Below are positions 31,385 through 41,665 of a stretch of 64,000 nt of DNA, in pieces. Below the pieces are notes generated by a model. That model was given only the letters and a program-made list of their open reading frames with translations. It was not told the DNA's origin and made no database searches. The first letter of the stretch is position 1, and every line of letters begins with the position of its first letter. The translations under genes were made by a program, and so were the position numbers. The DNA is taken from positions 32,001 to 96,000 of the forward strand of contig JAEOUA010000006.1 of assembly GCA_016839555.1 (NCBI GenBank). Reading direction: 5' to 3'. The stretch is from Promethearchaeota archaeon (GTDB taxonomy: Archaea > Asgardarchaeota > Lokiarchaeia > Sigyniarchaeales > SOKP01).

Positions 31385-33003
31385 TTTAAGTTTCCTCCTA
31401 AAAGATAGATATATTTAGAGAGTTTAATTTGTCTTTTAAGTATATTATTAGCAGAGATTTGGATTTTCCATCGTTTTTCTAATGCTTTTTTCAATTCGGT
31501 CATAATTTGAGAATGTATTTTTTCCGTAAGTTTTGCTTCTAAATTTGCTAATTTATAATAGCAAAACAGCCCTTGGCACGGCCCCATACCCTGGCGTGTT
31601 CTTCTTCTATAATCGTCTAATACTCTTACATTAAGGTTTTCCCTTACCCAAGATAATTCAGGCTCGGTCACATTTTCACATTCACAAATTTTTTGTGGTC
31701 CCTCATCAGAAGAAAAAGGATCTAAACAAGTTTCGCACATCTCAAAAATTTCCTTATAAAAGGTACCCCATTTAAATTGCATATCAAATGCAGTCTTTTT
31801 ATCAACATGAAGCTCCTTCTCGAATACTTTTTTAGTTATTACCCTATCCCCTCCAGGTAGTGGTAGCTCGGCAGTTTGGCATTGCGCATTTATGTCAAGT
31901 TTTTCGGCGACAAGATCCGATATTTGTTCTGCCATTAACCGATAGGTTGTTAATTTTCCTCCTATAATAGTTAATAGACCAGAATATCCTTCCTCTTCAT
32001 AATCAATGATATCAAACTTGCGAGAAGCTTCTCTTAGAGGAGTATCACTGGCAACTAAAGGGCGTGCTCCAGAATAGAATCTAATTATTCGATGTTTTCT
32101 TACGGTTGGAATTAAATATTCGCCTTGATTTAAAATATATTCAATTTCATCTTTAGATGCCATTAACCTATCTAAATCTTCTAATTCCACGGGTTTTGAA
32201 GTTGTTCCCAATATTATAGAGTTATGGCTTGGAACAATAATATCTGCATCTCCGGGTTTTCTCAAACGGTTAATTAAATGGCTTACTAAACGATCTTTGA
32301 TGACAAGAAGAGTTCCCATAGTAGGAGCTATTCTAAGCGGGTGTGAAAGTTTTAAGTCCTTTTCCAGATATGAGGCCCATGGACCTGTTGCGTTAATTAC
32401 TATATCTGCGTAATAGGACTTCTTTTTATTTTTTAAAAAATCAAAGCATTCTATTCCTATTATAGTCCCATCTTTAATGAGTAATTTTTCTGCTTTTGTA
32501 TAGGTCTTAATTTTAGCTCCATGGAGTTGAGCATCATAAGCATTATAAAAGGTCAAAAGAAAGGGATCAATATATCCATCTTTTACTCGAAAAACACGTT
32601 GAGTTTCAGGATTGCAGTTCGATTCATCTTTCAGAAAGGCTTCTGGCTCGATTTCCTCGCACCATACACCAGCTTTTTCACATTCTGTATTAAAGATATC
32701 CCCGTAGTTTACATCTTCATCATTTACTGCCATAAAATAACCCCCACAAGCTTCGGTTATATGTGGTGCAATGTGCAGAAGTATTTTATTTTCTAGAGCA
32801 CACTCGGTTGCAGCTTCTTTATCTTTATATACATATCTTGCTCCTGAGTGCAACATAGCATGACATCGGCCAGTCGTTCCCTCACTTAAATCATTTTTTT
32901 CTACTAATAGGACTTTGAATCCTCTAAGACATAAGTCTCGGGCAATACCAACCCCTGTAATTCCTCCTCCAACTATAAGACAATTATATTTATCTTTACT
33001 CAT
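31381..33003 (-). CDS. glpA: Anaerobic glycerol-3-phosphate dehydrogenase subunit A
   Basis: GGGITGVGIARD; GTTGRCHAMLHSGARY; GGKLTTYRLMAE; C-terminal CECE...RTRQGMGPCQGLFC (BFD-like Fe-S). Confidence 0.93.
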   Translation of the reverse strand: MSKDKYNCLIVGGGITGVGIARDLCLRGFKVLLVEKNDLSEGTTGRCHAMLHSGARYVYKDKEAATECALENKILLHIAPHITEACGGYFMAVNDEDVNYGDIFNTECEKAGVWCEEIEPEAFLKDESNCNPETQRVFRVKDGYIDPFLLTFYNAYDAQLHGAKIKTYTKAEKLLIKDGTIIGIECFDFLKNKKKSYYADIVINATGPWASYLEKDLKLSHPLRIAPTMGTLLVIKDRLVSHLINRLRKPGDADIIVPSHNSIILGTTSKPVELEDLDRLMASKDEIEYILNQGEYLIPTVRKHRIIRFYSGARPLVASDTPLREASRKFDIIDYEEEGYSGLLTIIGGKLTTYRLMAEQISDLVAEKLDINAQCQTAELPLPGGDRVITKKVFEKELHVDKKTAFDMQFKWGTFYKEIFEMCETCLDPFSSDEGPQKICECENVTEPELSWVRENLNVRVLDDYRRRTRQGMGPCQGLFCYYKLANLEAKLTEKIHSQIMTELKKALEKRWKIQISANNILKRQIKLSKYIYLLGGNLK

Positions 33004-33078
33004 AATATATATCAATGCTCAATAATACTGTATTTTAAATATTAATTACAAAAAATTCATCTCAGAGTCTAAAATTTC

Positions 33079-33810
33079 TTAATTGTAGAAAATTAATATT
33101 CTCATTGCGATAAAAAAGACCAGTTGAATCACAACAAACCAAGGACTATGTGGACTTTCCCCGAGTTTAATTCGCTCTTTTTCAGGTATCATTAGAAATG
33201 TTAGGGCAAATATAAACGAAATCGAAAACCATGCAATATAATTCTGAATAGGTACATTGAATGGATCACTCGTTAATTTCCATGTCCAATAGTTCAATCC
33301 TATTGCGACAGGTTCCATGATATAATCAAAAAAAGTTGCCAGAAGCCCTACAATGAACGAAGAAAGCAATACTTTAGGGAAATTTTTTATTGGTGATTTG
33401 AATAGCTTTTCTATAAGCCATTCAGAAAACAACACTAATGAAAAGATAATAATTACCCAATTCAATCCTATTATCACTGGTACATCGAACAGCATAGGCC
33501 CAAGGACATTGCCATAATAATACGGTCCAAATACTAATGAATATGCAACACCAAGTACTTCCAGAGTAAAAGTAATTAAATACGCAATGAGAATCCAGAG
33601 GATTACATATTTTTTGTTATAACACTTGTGAATAGCCCAAATACCGGAAATTAATAATACATATGGAGTCAATACAATCATAAGCGGATAACTGGACTCT
33701 GAAAAATGACTGATAATTCCTACCGTAAAAAAAATCGATAATATTATTACTTGGAATCTCCAATCCAACAATATTGATTTAAGTTTAATTTTAGTTTTAA
33801 TTTCATTCAC
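33079..33810 (-). CDS. cruF: Carotenoid 1,2-hydratase (CruF family)
   Basis: EVLGV..VFGPYYYG..LGP..FDVPVIIGLNW; DYIMEPVA..YWTW; VPIQNYIAWF; located in a crt operon. Confidence 0.82.
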   Translation of the reverse strand: MNEIKTKIKLKSILLDWRFQVIILSIFFTVGIISHFSESSYPLMIVLTPYVLLISGIWAIHKCYNKKYVILWILIAYLITFTLEVLGVAYSLVFGPYYYGNVLGPMLFDVPVIIGLNWVIIIFSLVLFSEWLIEKLFKSPIKNFPKVLLSSFIVGLLATFFDYIMEPVAIGLNYWTWKLTSDPFNVPIQNYIAWFSISFIFALTFLMIPEKERIKLGESPHSPWFVVIQLVFFIAMRILIFYN

Positions 33811-33812
33811 AT

Positions 33813-35294
33813 TTAATCACCCGAAAATTTTTCGATAAGGTTCGCACATATTTTCCCCGATGAGATCACCAGCGGCATCCCCCCTCCTGGGTGAGCAGAG
33901 CTACTGCAGAAGTATAATCCTTTTATATTTTTACTTCTATTCCTATGCCGCATAAATGCAGACATTTTTGTATTCGAACTAATGCCATAAAGACTTCCAT
34001 AGGTGGATCCCGTTCTTTTCTCAATATGGGGTGGGGTAAGGATTCCTTCCGTTTCGATATGAGATTCTATATTAGTGCCTAACCGTTTTGACAGGAGATT
34101 AATGGTAGCTTTTCTTGCATTAGAAACTATTTCGTTCCAATTTTGATTACAATCTGCCGGTGCATTAAGAAGAACAAACCAGTTTTCACACCCTTCAGGA
34201 GCATCAGAAGGAGTTAATTTTGAAGTTATATTAACATATACCGTTGGTTCTTCTGGCATTGTTTTCTCTTCGAACATCGCTTTAAATTCGGCAGGATAAT
34301 TAGATGAAAAGAAAATATTATTGACCGAGAGCTCCTCAAAAGTTCTATTAATACCCCAATAGAACACTATACCGCTCGAACTAGGTTCCAATTTTTTGTA
34401 TCTTTTGGCTTGTTTCAGATCTGGTAAATCAAGAAGTTTATCGTATGTAGAGAGCACATCAGCATCAGATACAACTGCATCATAGTCTTTATCAGCGTAT
34501 TTCGTTGATATTCCACGTAACTTCTTATTCTGAAGATTTATTTTTTCGACTCGCTGATTAAAATAAAATTTAACACCTAAATCTACTGCAGCTTTATGAA
34601 TTTTTTTAGGGATTTCATAAATACCTTCTCCAATTCCATAACCACCACCAATATATTCTATAAATGGGATGATAATCATAGTTGCGGGTGTAAGAAAAGG
34701 ACTTGAACCATTGTAAGTAGCATATCTGTTAAAAAGTTGAACTATACGAGGGTCTTTAAAATATTTTTTATTAATTTTATTTAAAGTGCTAAAGGGATGG
34801 ATGCCTGCGAATCGAACCAACTTTAAAAGGGTAGAAGGCTTCAATAAAGTTCTTATTTCATGAATTGGCTGCGTGAGAAAAAGATTTCCACCTAATCGAT
34901 GCGCTTTTTCAGCTTCTTTTAAATATCTTTTTAGGGATTTTTGACTTCCTGGCGCTATTTTTTCCAGGTCTCGACCAAAATTATCGAGATCAGACCATGC
35001 TTTTAGATAGGTCCCGTCTGAGAGAAAATAGGTACAAATCTCTTTCAGCTTGACTAAGGTGAGTTCCTTATTGATATCTTTTCCTGCAGTTTTGAATACA
35101 TCCTCAAAAACCCAAGGCATTGTCACCAGTGAGGGACCAATATCAAATCTATATCCATCAAACGTTTCTTCGGCTGCTTTACCTCCAGGAAAGGATTGAG
35201 CTTCATATACATCTACATTCCATCCTTTAGATTTTAGATAGATTGATGCGGATAATCCACCTAGCCCTGCACCAATAATCGCAGCCGTTTTCAT
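33813..35294 (-). CDS. crtD: Phytoene desaturase family, probable 1-hydroxycarotenoid 3,4-desaturase
   Basis: Likely start MKTAAIIGAGLGGL at 35294, 1 nt after the crtY stop; FDIGPSL; FNRYATYNGSSP; HPGGGMPL; adjacent to cruF. Confidence 0.75.
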   Translation of the reverse strand: MKTAAIIGAGLGGLSASIYLKSKGWNVDVYEAQSFPGGKAAEETFDGYRFDIGPSLVTMPWVFEDVFKTAGKDINKELTLVKLKEICTYFLSDGTYLKAWSDLDNFGRDLEKIAPGSQKSLKRYLKEAEKAHRLGGNLFLTQPIHEIRTLLKPSTLLKLVRFAGIHPFSTLNKINKKYFKDPRIVQLFNRYATYNGSSPFLTPATMIIIPFIEYIGGGYGIGEGIYEIPKKIHKAAVDLGVKFYFNQRVEKINLQNKKLRGISTKYADKDYDAVVSDADVLSTYDKLLDLPDLKQAKRYKKLEPSSSGIVFYWGINRTFEELSVNNIFFSSNYPAEFKAMFEEKTMPEEPTVYVNITSKLTPSDAPEGCENWFVLLNAPADCNQNWNEIVSNARKATINLLSKRLGTNIESHIETEGILTPPHIEKRTGSTYGSLYGISSNTKMSAFMRHRNRSKNIKGLYFCSSSAHPGGGMPLVISSGKICANLIEKFSGD

Positions 35295-35295
35295 T

Positions 35296-35982
35296 TTATT
35301 CGTCTCTTTTAAAGCTGAATTTATCCCTGAAGAGGAAATAGAAAATAAGATAAAGACTAATAAGAGTAAAACTATAAAAAAAATCTTCAATCGGTATGGA
35401 AATGACTCTCAGACCTATTATTGCATCACTATTGTAGGATACAATAGGCAAATAAGTAAAAATCCCATTAAAAATTAAAAATGGAATATAAGTCAAAATT
35501 AATCCAATTAAAGTCCAGCTGGATTGAAATTTTTCGTATGCTACCAAGCCTATTAATAGCATCGTAATAAAAAAAACTATTCCAATAAGCACTGTATAAC
35601 CTTTATCTAAAAACAAGATTAAAGGTAAAATCCCAATTGAACTAATAATAATAAATACATATCTCGGAATATGAAGGATCCTCTCTTTTGTATAGGCTCG
35701 CACACACTCATATATAAAAACAGTAGCATATGGAACCGCAATAAAAAAAATCCACTCACCTATAGGAAGATTAAATATTTTTAAAGTTCCTGCATAAGTT
35801 TCTGAGAAGGACCAATGCCCAATCTCGGTTACGATAATATCCCAAATAATATAACTGCTACTAACCACCAGCATACTCAAAAGCAAAGGGGGCCATCTAC
35901 GCCAAAATCCCACCTTTTTATCAAAAGATAAAAGAAAGGGAAATATAATTACTAAGAAATTCAACCAAAAATATAGTGCCAT
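35296..35982 (-). CDS. crtY: Membrane-type lycopene cyclase (fused CrtYc/Yd-like)
   Basis: Two repeats: WD...W.F...LPIGEWIFF and NG...Y...IPIEDFFY; multiple TM helices. Confidence 0.85.
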   Translation of the reverse strand: MALYFWLNFLVIIFPFLLSFDKKVGFWRRWPPLLLSMLVVSSSYIIWDIIVTEIGHWSFSETYAGTLKIFNLPIGEWIFFIAVPYATVFIYECVRAYTKERILHIPRYVFIIISSIGILPLILFLDKGYTVLIGIVFFITMLLIGLVAYEKFQSSWTLIGLILTYIPFLIFNGIFTYLPIVSYNSDAIIGLRVISIPIEDFFYSFTLISLYLIFYFLFRDKFSFKRDE

Positions 35983-36270
35983 ATACTTTTAACCTCATTA
36001 TCTTATAATTCTATATAAAATAATACTCACTTTTGCAGCTTCTTTAGCTTTATATACATATATCGAAGCTGTGTGGCATCATATTTAAAATATTATTTAC
36101 AAAGAATTACACCCCATTTAAAAGCATTCGTTTTGTAAAATATAGATAAATACTTAAAAACCGATTTATTTAAAGCTCTTCTGAAAATAGTTCTATTTGA
36201 ACTGAATTTGAAACTAAGATTTAGTATTGTATACTTTCTTTCGTATTATCATTCCCTTTTTATTTTAATC

Positions 36271-37362
36271 CTAAAATAAATGCTCATCTACTATTTTAGA
36301 GCCATATTCTGCCTGGTGTACTCTTACTATATTATTTTCTGGAATGCCGATATTTTGGATCATATTTTGTACAGCATCTAGATCTTCAGTTCTACACAAA
36401 CAATGAATATTTGGGCCTGCATCAACGGTGAAATAACATTCAATCCCTTCTTTCTCTTTTTGCTTAACACCCTCTTCAACCATCTTATAAGTTTGGAAAA
36501 AATTATTTCGAGTATTTACTACCGCCTTTATTACCTTCAATGTATTTGGTTTCCAATAGAACAACGGGGGTTCCGAGGTCATCATAACACTATGCATATA
36601 CAAACAACTTTTCTCGGAGATCTCTCCCACAGTAGTAAAATCATCATTTTGAATTGCTTTTTTAATTTCTACGGCTTGTTTCTGGGATTCATTTATTTTA
36701 ATCTGATTGAAAACACTGGAGTGTGCCGCTTCTTGTCCTATATCAGAACTCACCTCTTTTTCTCCTCTATCGATTACTGCAATTACCGCAGCTATATTGA
36801 ATTCATTACATGGACATATTTGTTCTGCATAAGAAGTATCGTGAGAATATCCTTTATTCCAACATACGAATCCTCCATGAAGAGAGCGAGATGCGGAACC
36901 AGAACCTAATCTTGCATATTTTGAGAGTTCTATATTGTCTAAATTAAGGTTTAACGCATCAGCAGCACTAGTAGCGAGCGCAGCGAATGCAGATGATGAT
37001 GACGCTAACCCTGCAGCTGTCGGAAATTTATTTTGACTGACCATTTTAAAATTTAAAGTTGTACTCGCTAATTTTCTTAACGCATCAACCACTTTTAATA
37101 TTCTTTTCATCTGAATCTCATTAAAGGGAACTATAATCTCATCAGTTTTCAAAAAGCCCGTATCTTCATCATAATGTTCAGAAAATTCAATGGTGGTATG
37201 AGTAATCAATTCGATTCCTGATTTGGCAGTATTGATTGATTCCTTCGTCATGCTAACGCTGTCATTTGTAGGAATATTAAGGTGTGGTGGATGATCTCGA
37301 GATTTACCCCAATATTTTATCAGAGCAATATTTGGGTGTGCGAATGCTGAAGACTTTCCCAT
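36271..37362 (-). CDS. mvaD: (Di)phosphomevalonate decarboxylase
   Basis: AHPNIALIKYWGK; PTAAGLASSSS; RLGSGSASRS; TVDAGPNIH. Confidence 0.9.
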   Translation of the reverse strand: MGKSSAFAHPNIALIKYWGKSRDHPPHLNIPTNDSVSMTKESINTAKSGIELITHTTIEFSEHYDEDTGFLKTDEIIVPFNEIQMKRILKVVDALRKLASTTLNFKMVSQNKFPTAAGLASSSSAFAALATSAADALNLNLDNIELSKYARLGSGSASRSLHGGFVCWNKGYSHDTSYAEQICPCNEFNIAAVIAVIDRGEKEVSSDIGQEAAHSSVFNQIKINESQKQAVEIKKAIQNDDFTTVGEISEKSCLYMHSVMMTSEPPLFYWKPNTLKVIKAVVNTRNNFFQTYKMVEEGVKQKEKEGIECYFTVDAGPNIHCLCRTEDLDAVQNMIQNIGIPENNIVRVHQAEYGSKIVDEHLF

Positions 37363-37532
37363 TTTCTTATTTTATCCTCTTTTTATAATAAGCTATAAAT
37401 ATTATTCAAATATTATTGCGATTGTATTAATAACTTATGTTAATAATTAATATATTCATCTATAAATAAAGGTATTAAGTAAAAGAGGTTCTAATCTTAA
37501 GATTTTTTTAGAAAAGCTCTTCCAAGAATTAC

Positions 37533-37554
37533 GAACCCCTTATACAAAGGGTTC
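37533..37554. promoter_or_regulatory. Inverted repeat (candidate operator) between divergent mvaD and HMG-CoA reductase
   Basis: GAACCCCTT-ATAC-AAAGGGTTC, with arms matching at 8 of 9 positions; GC-rich within an AT-rich spacer. Confidence 0.4.
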
Positions 37555-37640
37555 CATTTTCAACCCAATTATATTTAGGAAAAATCAATTAATAAATTAT
37601 AACCGAAGAAACTTTTTAGATATGAAGAACATTTTTACAT

Positions 37641-38804
37641 ATGAGTATGTATTCTTCAGAAATATCTGGTTTTTACAAGCTTTCTATAGAGGAAAGACTC
37701 AAACTTATTAAGGAAAAAGTTGGTTTAAGCGATGAAGAGACCAAGATTCTTAAGAATTTTGGTTATTTCCAACCAGAACAGATGGATATATTAATTGAAA
37801 ATGTAATAGCTAGTTATCAATTACCTTATTCAATAGCATGTAATTTTAAAGTGAATGGAAAAGATTATTTGGTTCCGATGGTCATAGAAGAGCCTTCAGT
37901 TGTAGCTGCCGCATCCAATGTGGCAAGAATGGCAAGGAAATTAGGAGGATTTCATAGTAAGAAAATTACACAGGTGATGATAGGACAAGTTCAGATTGTT
38001 AATGTGAAAAATATGGATGATGCTGTGAAAAATATTGAGATCCATAAGGAGGAAATTATTCGCCTCGCAAATGAAAAGGATCCTATTCTCATTAAACTGG
38101 GAGGAGGGGTTGAGGATTTAGAGATTCGACCTATTGATACTATAAAAGGTCCAATGATTATAGTTCATTTGCTTGTGAATGTCTTGGATGCAATGGGAGC
38201 AAACGCCGTAAATACAATGGCAGAAACAGTCGCTCCTTACTTGGAAGAATTAACTGATGGGAAAGTATATCTTCGGATCATCTCTAATTTAGCCACCCAT
38301 AGGATGGCAAAATGTAAAGCAACTTTTGATAAGGATATGTTAGGGGGTGCTGAAGTGGTTGAAGGGATAATGAATGCGTACGCTTTCGCCAAAGCAGATA
38401 TTTTTCGAGCATCTACCCACAATAAAGGGATTATGAATGGAATTATAGCCCTCACTTTAGCAACCGGTAATGATACTCGAGCAATAGAAGCCGGTGCTCA
38501 TACTTATGCCGCTTTAAACGGATATTCCCCACTAAGTACTTTTGATGTTGATTCAAATGGGAATTTAGTTGGTGAATTGGAGCTTCCCCTTGCGTTGGGG
38601 ATTATAGGTGGACTCACAAAGACACATCCATTAGCAAGAGTGTCTTTGAAAATTCTTGGAATTGATAACGCAGAAGAGCTAGCTCAAGTTGCTGTAGCTC
38701 TTGGACTCTGTCAAAATGTAGCGGCTTTACGTGCGCTAGCCTCAGAAGGGATACAAGCAGGACACATGAGGTTGCATAAAAGAAAGGAACAAAAAAAGAA
38801 TTAA
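37641..38804 (+). CDS. mvaA: HMG-CoA reductase, class II
   Basis: IENVI; EEPSVVAAAS; DAMGANAVNT; RIISNL; THNKGIMNG; GNDTRAIEAG; EGIQAGHM. Confidence 0.93.
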   Translation: MSMYSSEISGFYKLSIEERLKLIKEKVGLSDEETKILKNFGYFQPEQMDILIENVIASYQLPYSIACNFKVNGKDYLVPMVIEEPSVVAAASNVARMARKLGGFHSKKITQVMIGQVQIVNVKNMDDAVKNIEIHKEEIIRLANEKDPILIKLGGGVEDLEIRPIDTIKGPMIIVHLLVNVLDAMGANAVNTMAETVAPYLEELTDGKVYLRIISNLATHRMAKCKATFDKDMLGGAEVVEGIMNAYAFAKADIFRASTHNKGIMNGIIALTLATGNDTRAIEAGAHTYAALNGYSPLSTFDVDSNGNLVGELELPLALGIIGGLTKTHPLARVSLKILGIDNAEELAQVAVALGLCQNVAALRALASEGIQAGHMRLHKRKEQKKN

Positions 38805-38849
38805 AGCTAAAATTTAAATGTATTTTATTTATTATCTATTTTTTACTGC

Positions 38850-40358
38850 TTAAACTAAATCTTTTTTAACATCATCTACAATCTTCTCACAAGCCAGTTG
38901 AGCAGAGATGATTGTAACGGGAACTCCAACTCCAGGATGGGTGTAATGCCCCGCATAATAGAGATTATTAACTTTATCACTTTTATGATGTGGTCTAAAT
39001 AATGCAGTTTGAAATAAAGTATGTGCCAACCCTAAGGCAGTTCCCTTATAGGCATTGAATGTTTTATTAAAATGTTCATGTGCAACAATTCTTTTTACTT
39101 CGATAGAGTCCCTAAATGATTCTCCAGTTATATTTTCAACTTTTTGAAGTATTTTATCAAAATATGGTTCACGATGGGATTCCATATCTTCAAGATCGGG
39201 AGATACTAACACGAGAATAGTCATGAGTTCCTTTCCTGGTGGAGCAAGTGATGGATCGGATTTAGAAGGAACAGTTATATAAATAGAGGGATCATCTGGC
39301 CATTCGGGATTTTCAAAAAGTTGATCGAAATATTTATCCCAATCTGAATTGAAATAGAAATTATGATGTAAAAAATTATTAAGCTTCTTGTTTAGACCAA
39401 GATAAACTAGGAATGCGGAAGGAGCGATCATCTTCTTTTTCCAGTATTTTTCGGTATATGACCTATATTTTTTATCCAATAATTCCATCTCTCCATGATG
39501 ATAATCTCCAGTACTTAAAATGATATCTGCTTCAAACTCTCCTTTATTTGTAATGATTTTTTTAGCTTTTTTGTCTTCTACCACGATCTTGGATACTTCT
39601 GTGCTGAATTCAATTTTTGCTCCTTGCTCTTGGGCAAGCTTCATTATCCCATCAACGATGGTTCCAAAACCTCCCATAGGATACCAAATTCCAAGGTTCA
39701 TATCAACATGGGCAAGCATAGAATAGACTGCAGGACTAGTTGGCGGAGAAGCGCCCACAAATGCCACATGATATTGAACTATTTTACGTGCTTTATCGCT
39801 GGTAAAAAATTTTTTTGCGTATTTATTCAGTTTCTTAAAAATATGTAGCTTTAATCCGTCTATAATGAGTGTTTTATCCAATAAGTCCCGAACACTCCAA
39901 TAATCCCTGTATAGAAACTTGTTTACCGCAATATCATACATTTTTTGGGAGGATTCTATAAAGTTCTTTAGCTTTTTACCTCCATCTTTTTCAAAGGTGT
40001 CGAATAGCTCGTAATTTTTATTCATATCGTCCATAATGTCTAATGATTCACTCTCACTGAAGAACACTCGATAATGGGGATTTAAACGTATTGTTTCATA
40101 ATAATCTTCAGGTTTTTTACCGAATTGGGCAAAAAGATTATCAAACGCTTCTAACATCATATACCATGACGGCCCCATATCAAAAGTATATCCATCTTTT
40201 TTCCACACCATAGCGCGTCCTCCTGGTCTGTCATTTTTTTCAAGAACGGTCACATCAAAACCTTCTTTAGCTAAAAGCGCAGCAGATGAGAGCCCGCAAA
40301 ATCCGGCGCCTATAACAAATACTTTTCTTCCTTTTATTTCATTCATTGTTATTTTCAC
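38850..40358 (-). CDS. crtI: Phytoene desaturase
   Basis: IGAGFCGL; FDMGPSWY; WYPMGG; GLAHTLFQTA.FRP; HPGVGVP; overlaps the crtB stop. Confidence 0.88.
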   Translation of the reverse strand: MKITMNEIKGRKVFVIGAGFCGLSSAALLAKEGFDVTVLEKNDRPGGRAMVWKKDGYTFDMGPSWYMMLEAFDNLFAQFGKKPEDYYETIRLNPHYRVFFSESESLDIMDDMNKNYELFDTFEKDGGKKLKNFIESSQKMYDIAVNKFLYRDYWSVRDLLDKTLIIDGLKLHIFKKLNKYAKKFFTSDKARKIVQYHVAFVGASPPTSPAVYSMLAHVDMNLGIWYPMGGFGTIVDGIMKLAQEQGAKIEFSTEVSKIVVEDKKAKKIITNKGEFEADIILSTGDYHHGEMELLDKKYRSYTEKYWKKKMIAPSAFLVYLGLNKKLNNFLHHNFYFNSDWDKYFDQLFENPEWPDDPSIYITVPSKSDPSLAPPGKELMTILVLVSPDLEDMESHREPYFDKILQKVENITGESFRDSIEVKRIVAHEHFNKTFNAYKGTALGLAHTLFQTALFRPHHKSDKVNNLYYAGHYTHPGVGVPVTIISAQLACEKIVDDVKKDLV

Positions 40359-41194
40359 TTCTTTCTAATCTTAAATATGTTTTTTAAAACAGTTCTAATT
40401 ATCTTTCCTTTAGAAGGCTTCACTTTTTCTTCATATACAATAAATGGGTTTTCTTTGATTTTTAACGCAGTCCATTTATACATATCTGAAGCTGTTTGAA
40501 TAGGGATCCAATATCTTCTTGGGATATATTTAAATCCATTTTCTGCTTCTTCTTGCCACTTAAGATATAGTTCGATTTGATCCCTAAAGAATCTCTCAAA
40601 TTCCTCTTTATTGTTCATCGCTTCTTCTTTCGTTAAGTTTTTTAGATCATAATCCCCTAAAGGAAAATACCGTCTTCCTAACTTAATATCTTCCTTAATA
40701 TCTCTAATAAAATTAATATACTGCATTGCTCTCCCAAGTCTCTCCGCAGCAAAATATGCATTTTCTGATAAATCAAGAATTTTAGCCATAAATAGCCCAA
40801 TAACTTCCGCAGACCCATAGATATATTCAAGTGTTTCATCTAATGAATTATAAACTTTTTTTGTAAGATCTAATTCCATTGAATGCAGAAATGCATCAAC
40901 CCACTCAGGTTTAAACTCTTTTCTTCGCATTAGATCAACGAAATATTCAATAACAAAATTATCAATTTTTTTACCTGAGAGTGCTTCTTCATACAAACGA
41001 CGAAAATTCAAAAATTCCTCCCGTTGTTGGGGTATTGTATCAACATAATTGTCAGCAACCCTCACAAATCCATATAAGATAAATACATCTTCTCTTACTG
41101 ATTTTGGAAAGAATATACTACTATTAAAGTAAGTAGTGCTGCCTTTTCGAAATATTTCTTCGAATTTCTTTTGAATATCTCTTGATAATACCAT
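40355..41194 (-). CDS. crtB: Phytoene synthase
   Basis: YGFVRVADNYVD; YIYGSAEVIG; LGRAMQYINFIRDIKEDIKLGRRYFP. Confidence 0.93.
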   Translation of the reverse strand: MVLSRDIQKKFEEIFRKGSTTYFNSSIFFPKSVREDVFILYGFVRVADNYVDTIPQQREEFLNFRRLYEEALSGKKIDNFVIEYFVDLMRRKEFKPEWVDAFLHSMELDLTKKVYNSLDETLEYIYGSAEVIGLFMAKILDLSENAYFAAERLGRAMQYINFIRDIKEDIKLGRRYFPLGDYDLKNLTKEEAMNNKEEFERFFRDQIELYLKWQEEAENGFKYIPRRYWIPIQTASDMYKWTALKIKENPFIVYEEKVKPSKGKIIRTVLKNIFKIRKK

Positions 41195-41665
41195 TATGTT
41201 AATTTTTTAAAACTAATTTTTATAATTTGTTTTTATTAAATATTAATTTTCAAATAAGATCAGAATAGAGAAAGAAAGTTAAAATATAGTGAGAACATAG
41301 AAAAATTGAAAAAAAGGCTTTAAATGATATTTTTTAAACTCTAATATCTCATATAGGTTCATAATGCTATAAAACTATTGATTTAGATAGGAGAATCAAA
41401 TTTTTGAGAACTTAATAAATAATTATGATAAAAATTTATATGCAGTCACCTTAAGATTTAATTATCTGAGAAGATAAACATAAAGCAAAAATGAAGAGAT
41501 CACCTTCAAAATTTAAAATATATACATTAGATTTTGACATCTCGAAAAATTTATAGTTTAATGATGGATATAGCAAATTCTATTTTACAAATTATTGAAA
41601 CAGAACACGTAAATATAATATAAAACAAAGTTTTAAATTTATCCTTATTTTATAATAAAAATAAT

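Noticed and set aside
35295-35390. Signal-peptide-like N-terminal extension on the CrtD ORF
   Set aside because: It is an alternative-frame overlap with the hydrophobic end of crtY; the FAD-binding motif starts at Met 35294.
41446-41515. Imperfect TCACCTT direct repeats in the crtB/crtZ spacer, and recurrent CTTAAG palindromes in other spacers
   Set aside because: Short and AT-rich with no regular spacing; indistinguishable from background without statistics, and not a CRISPR array.
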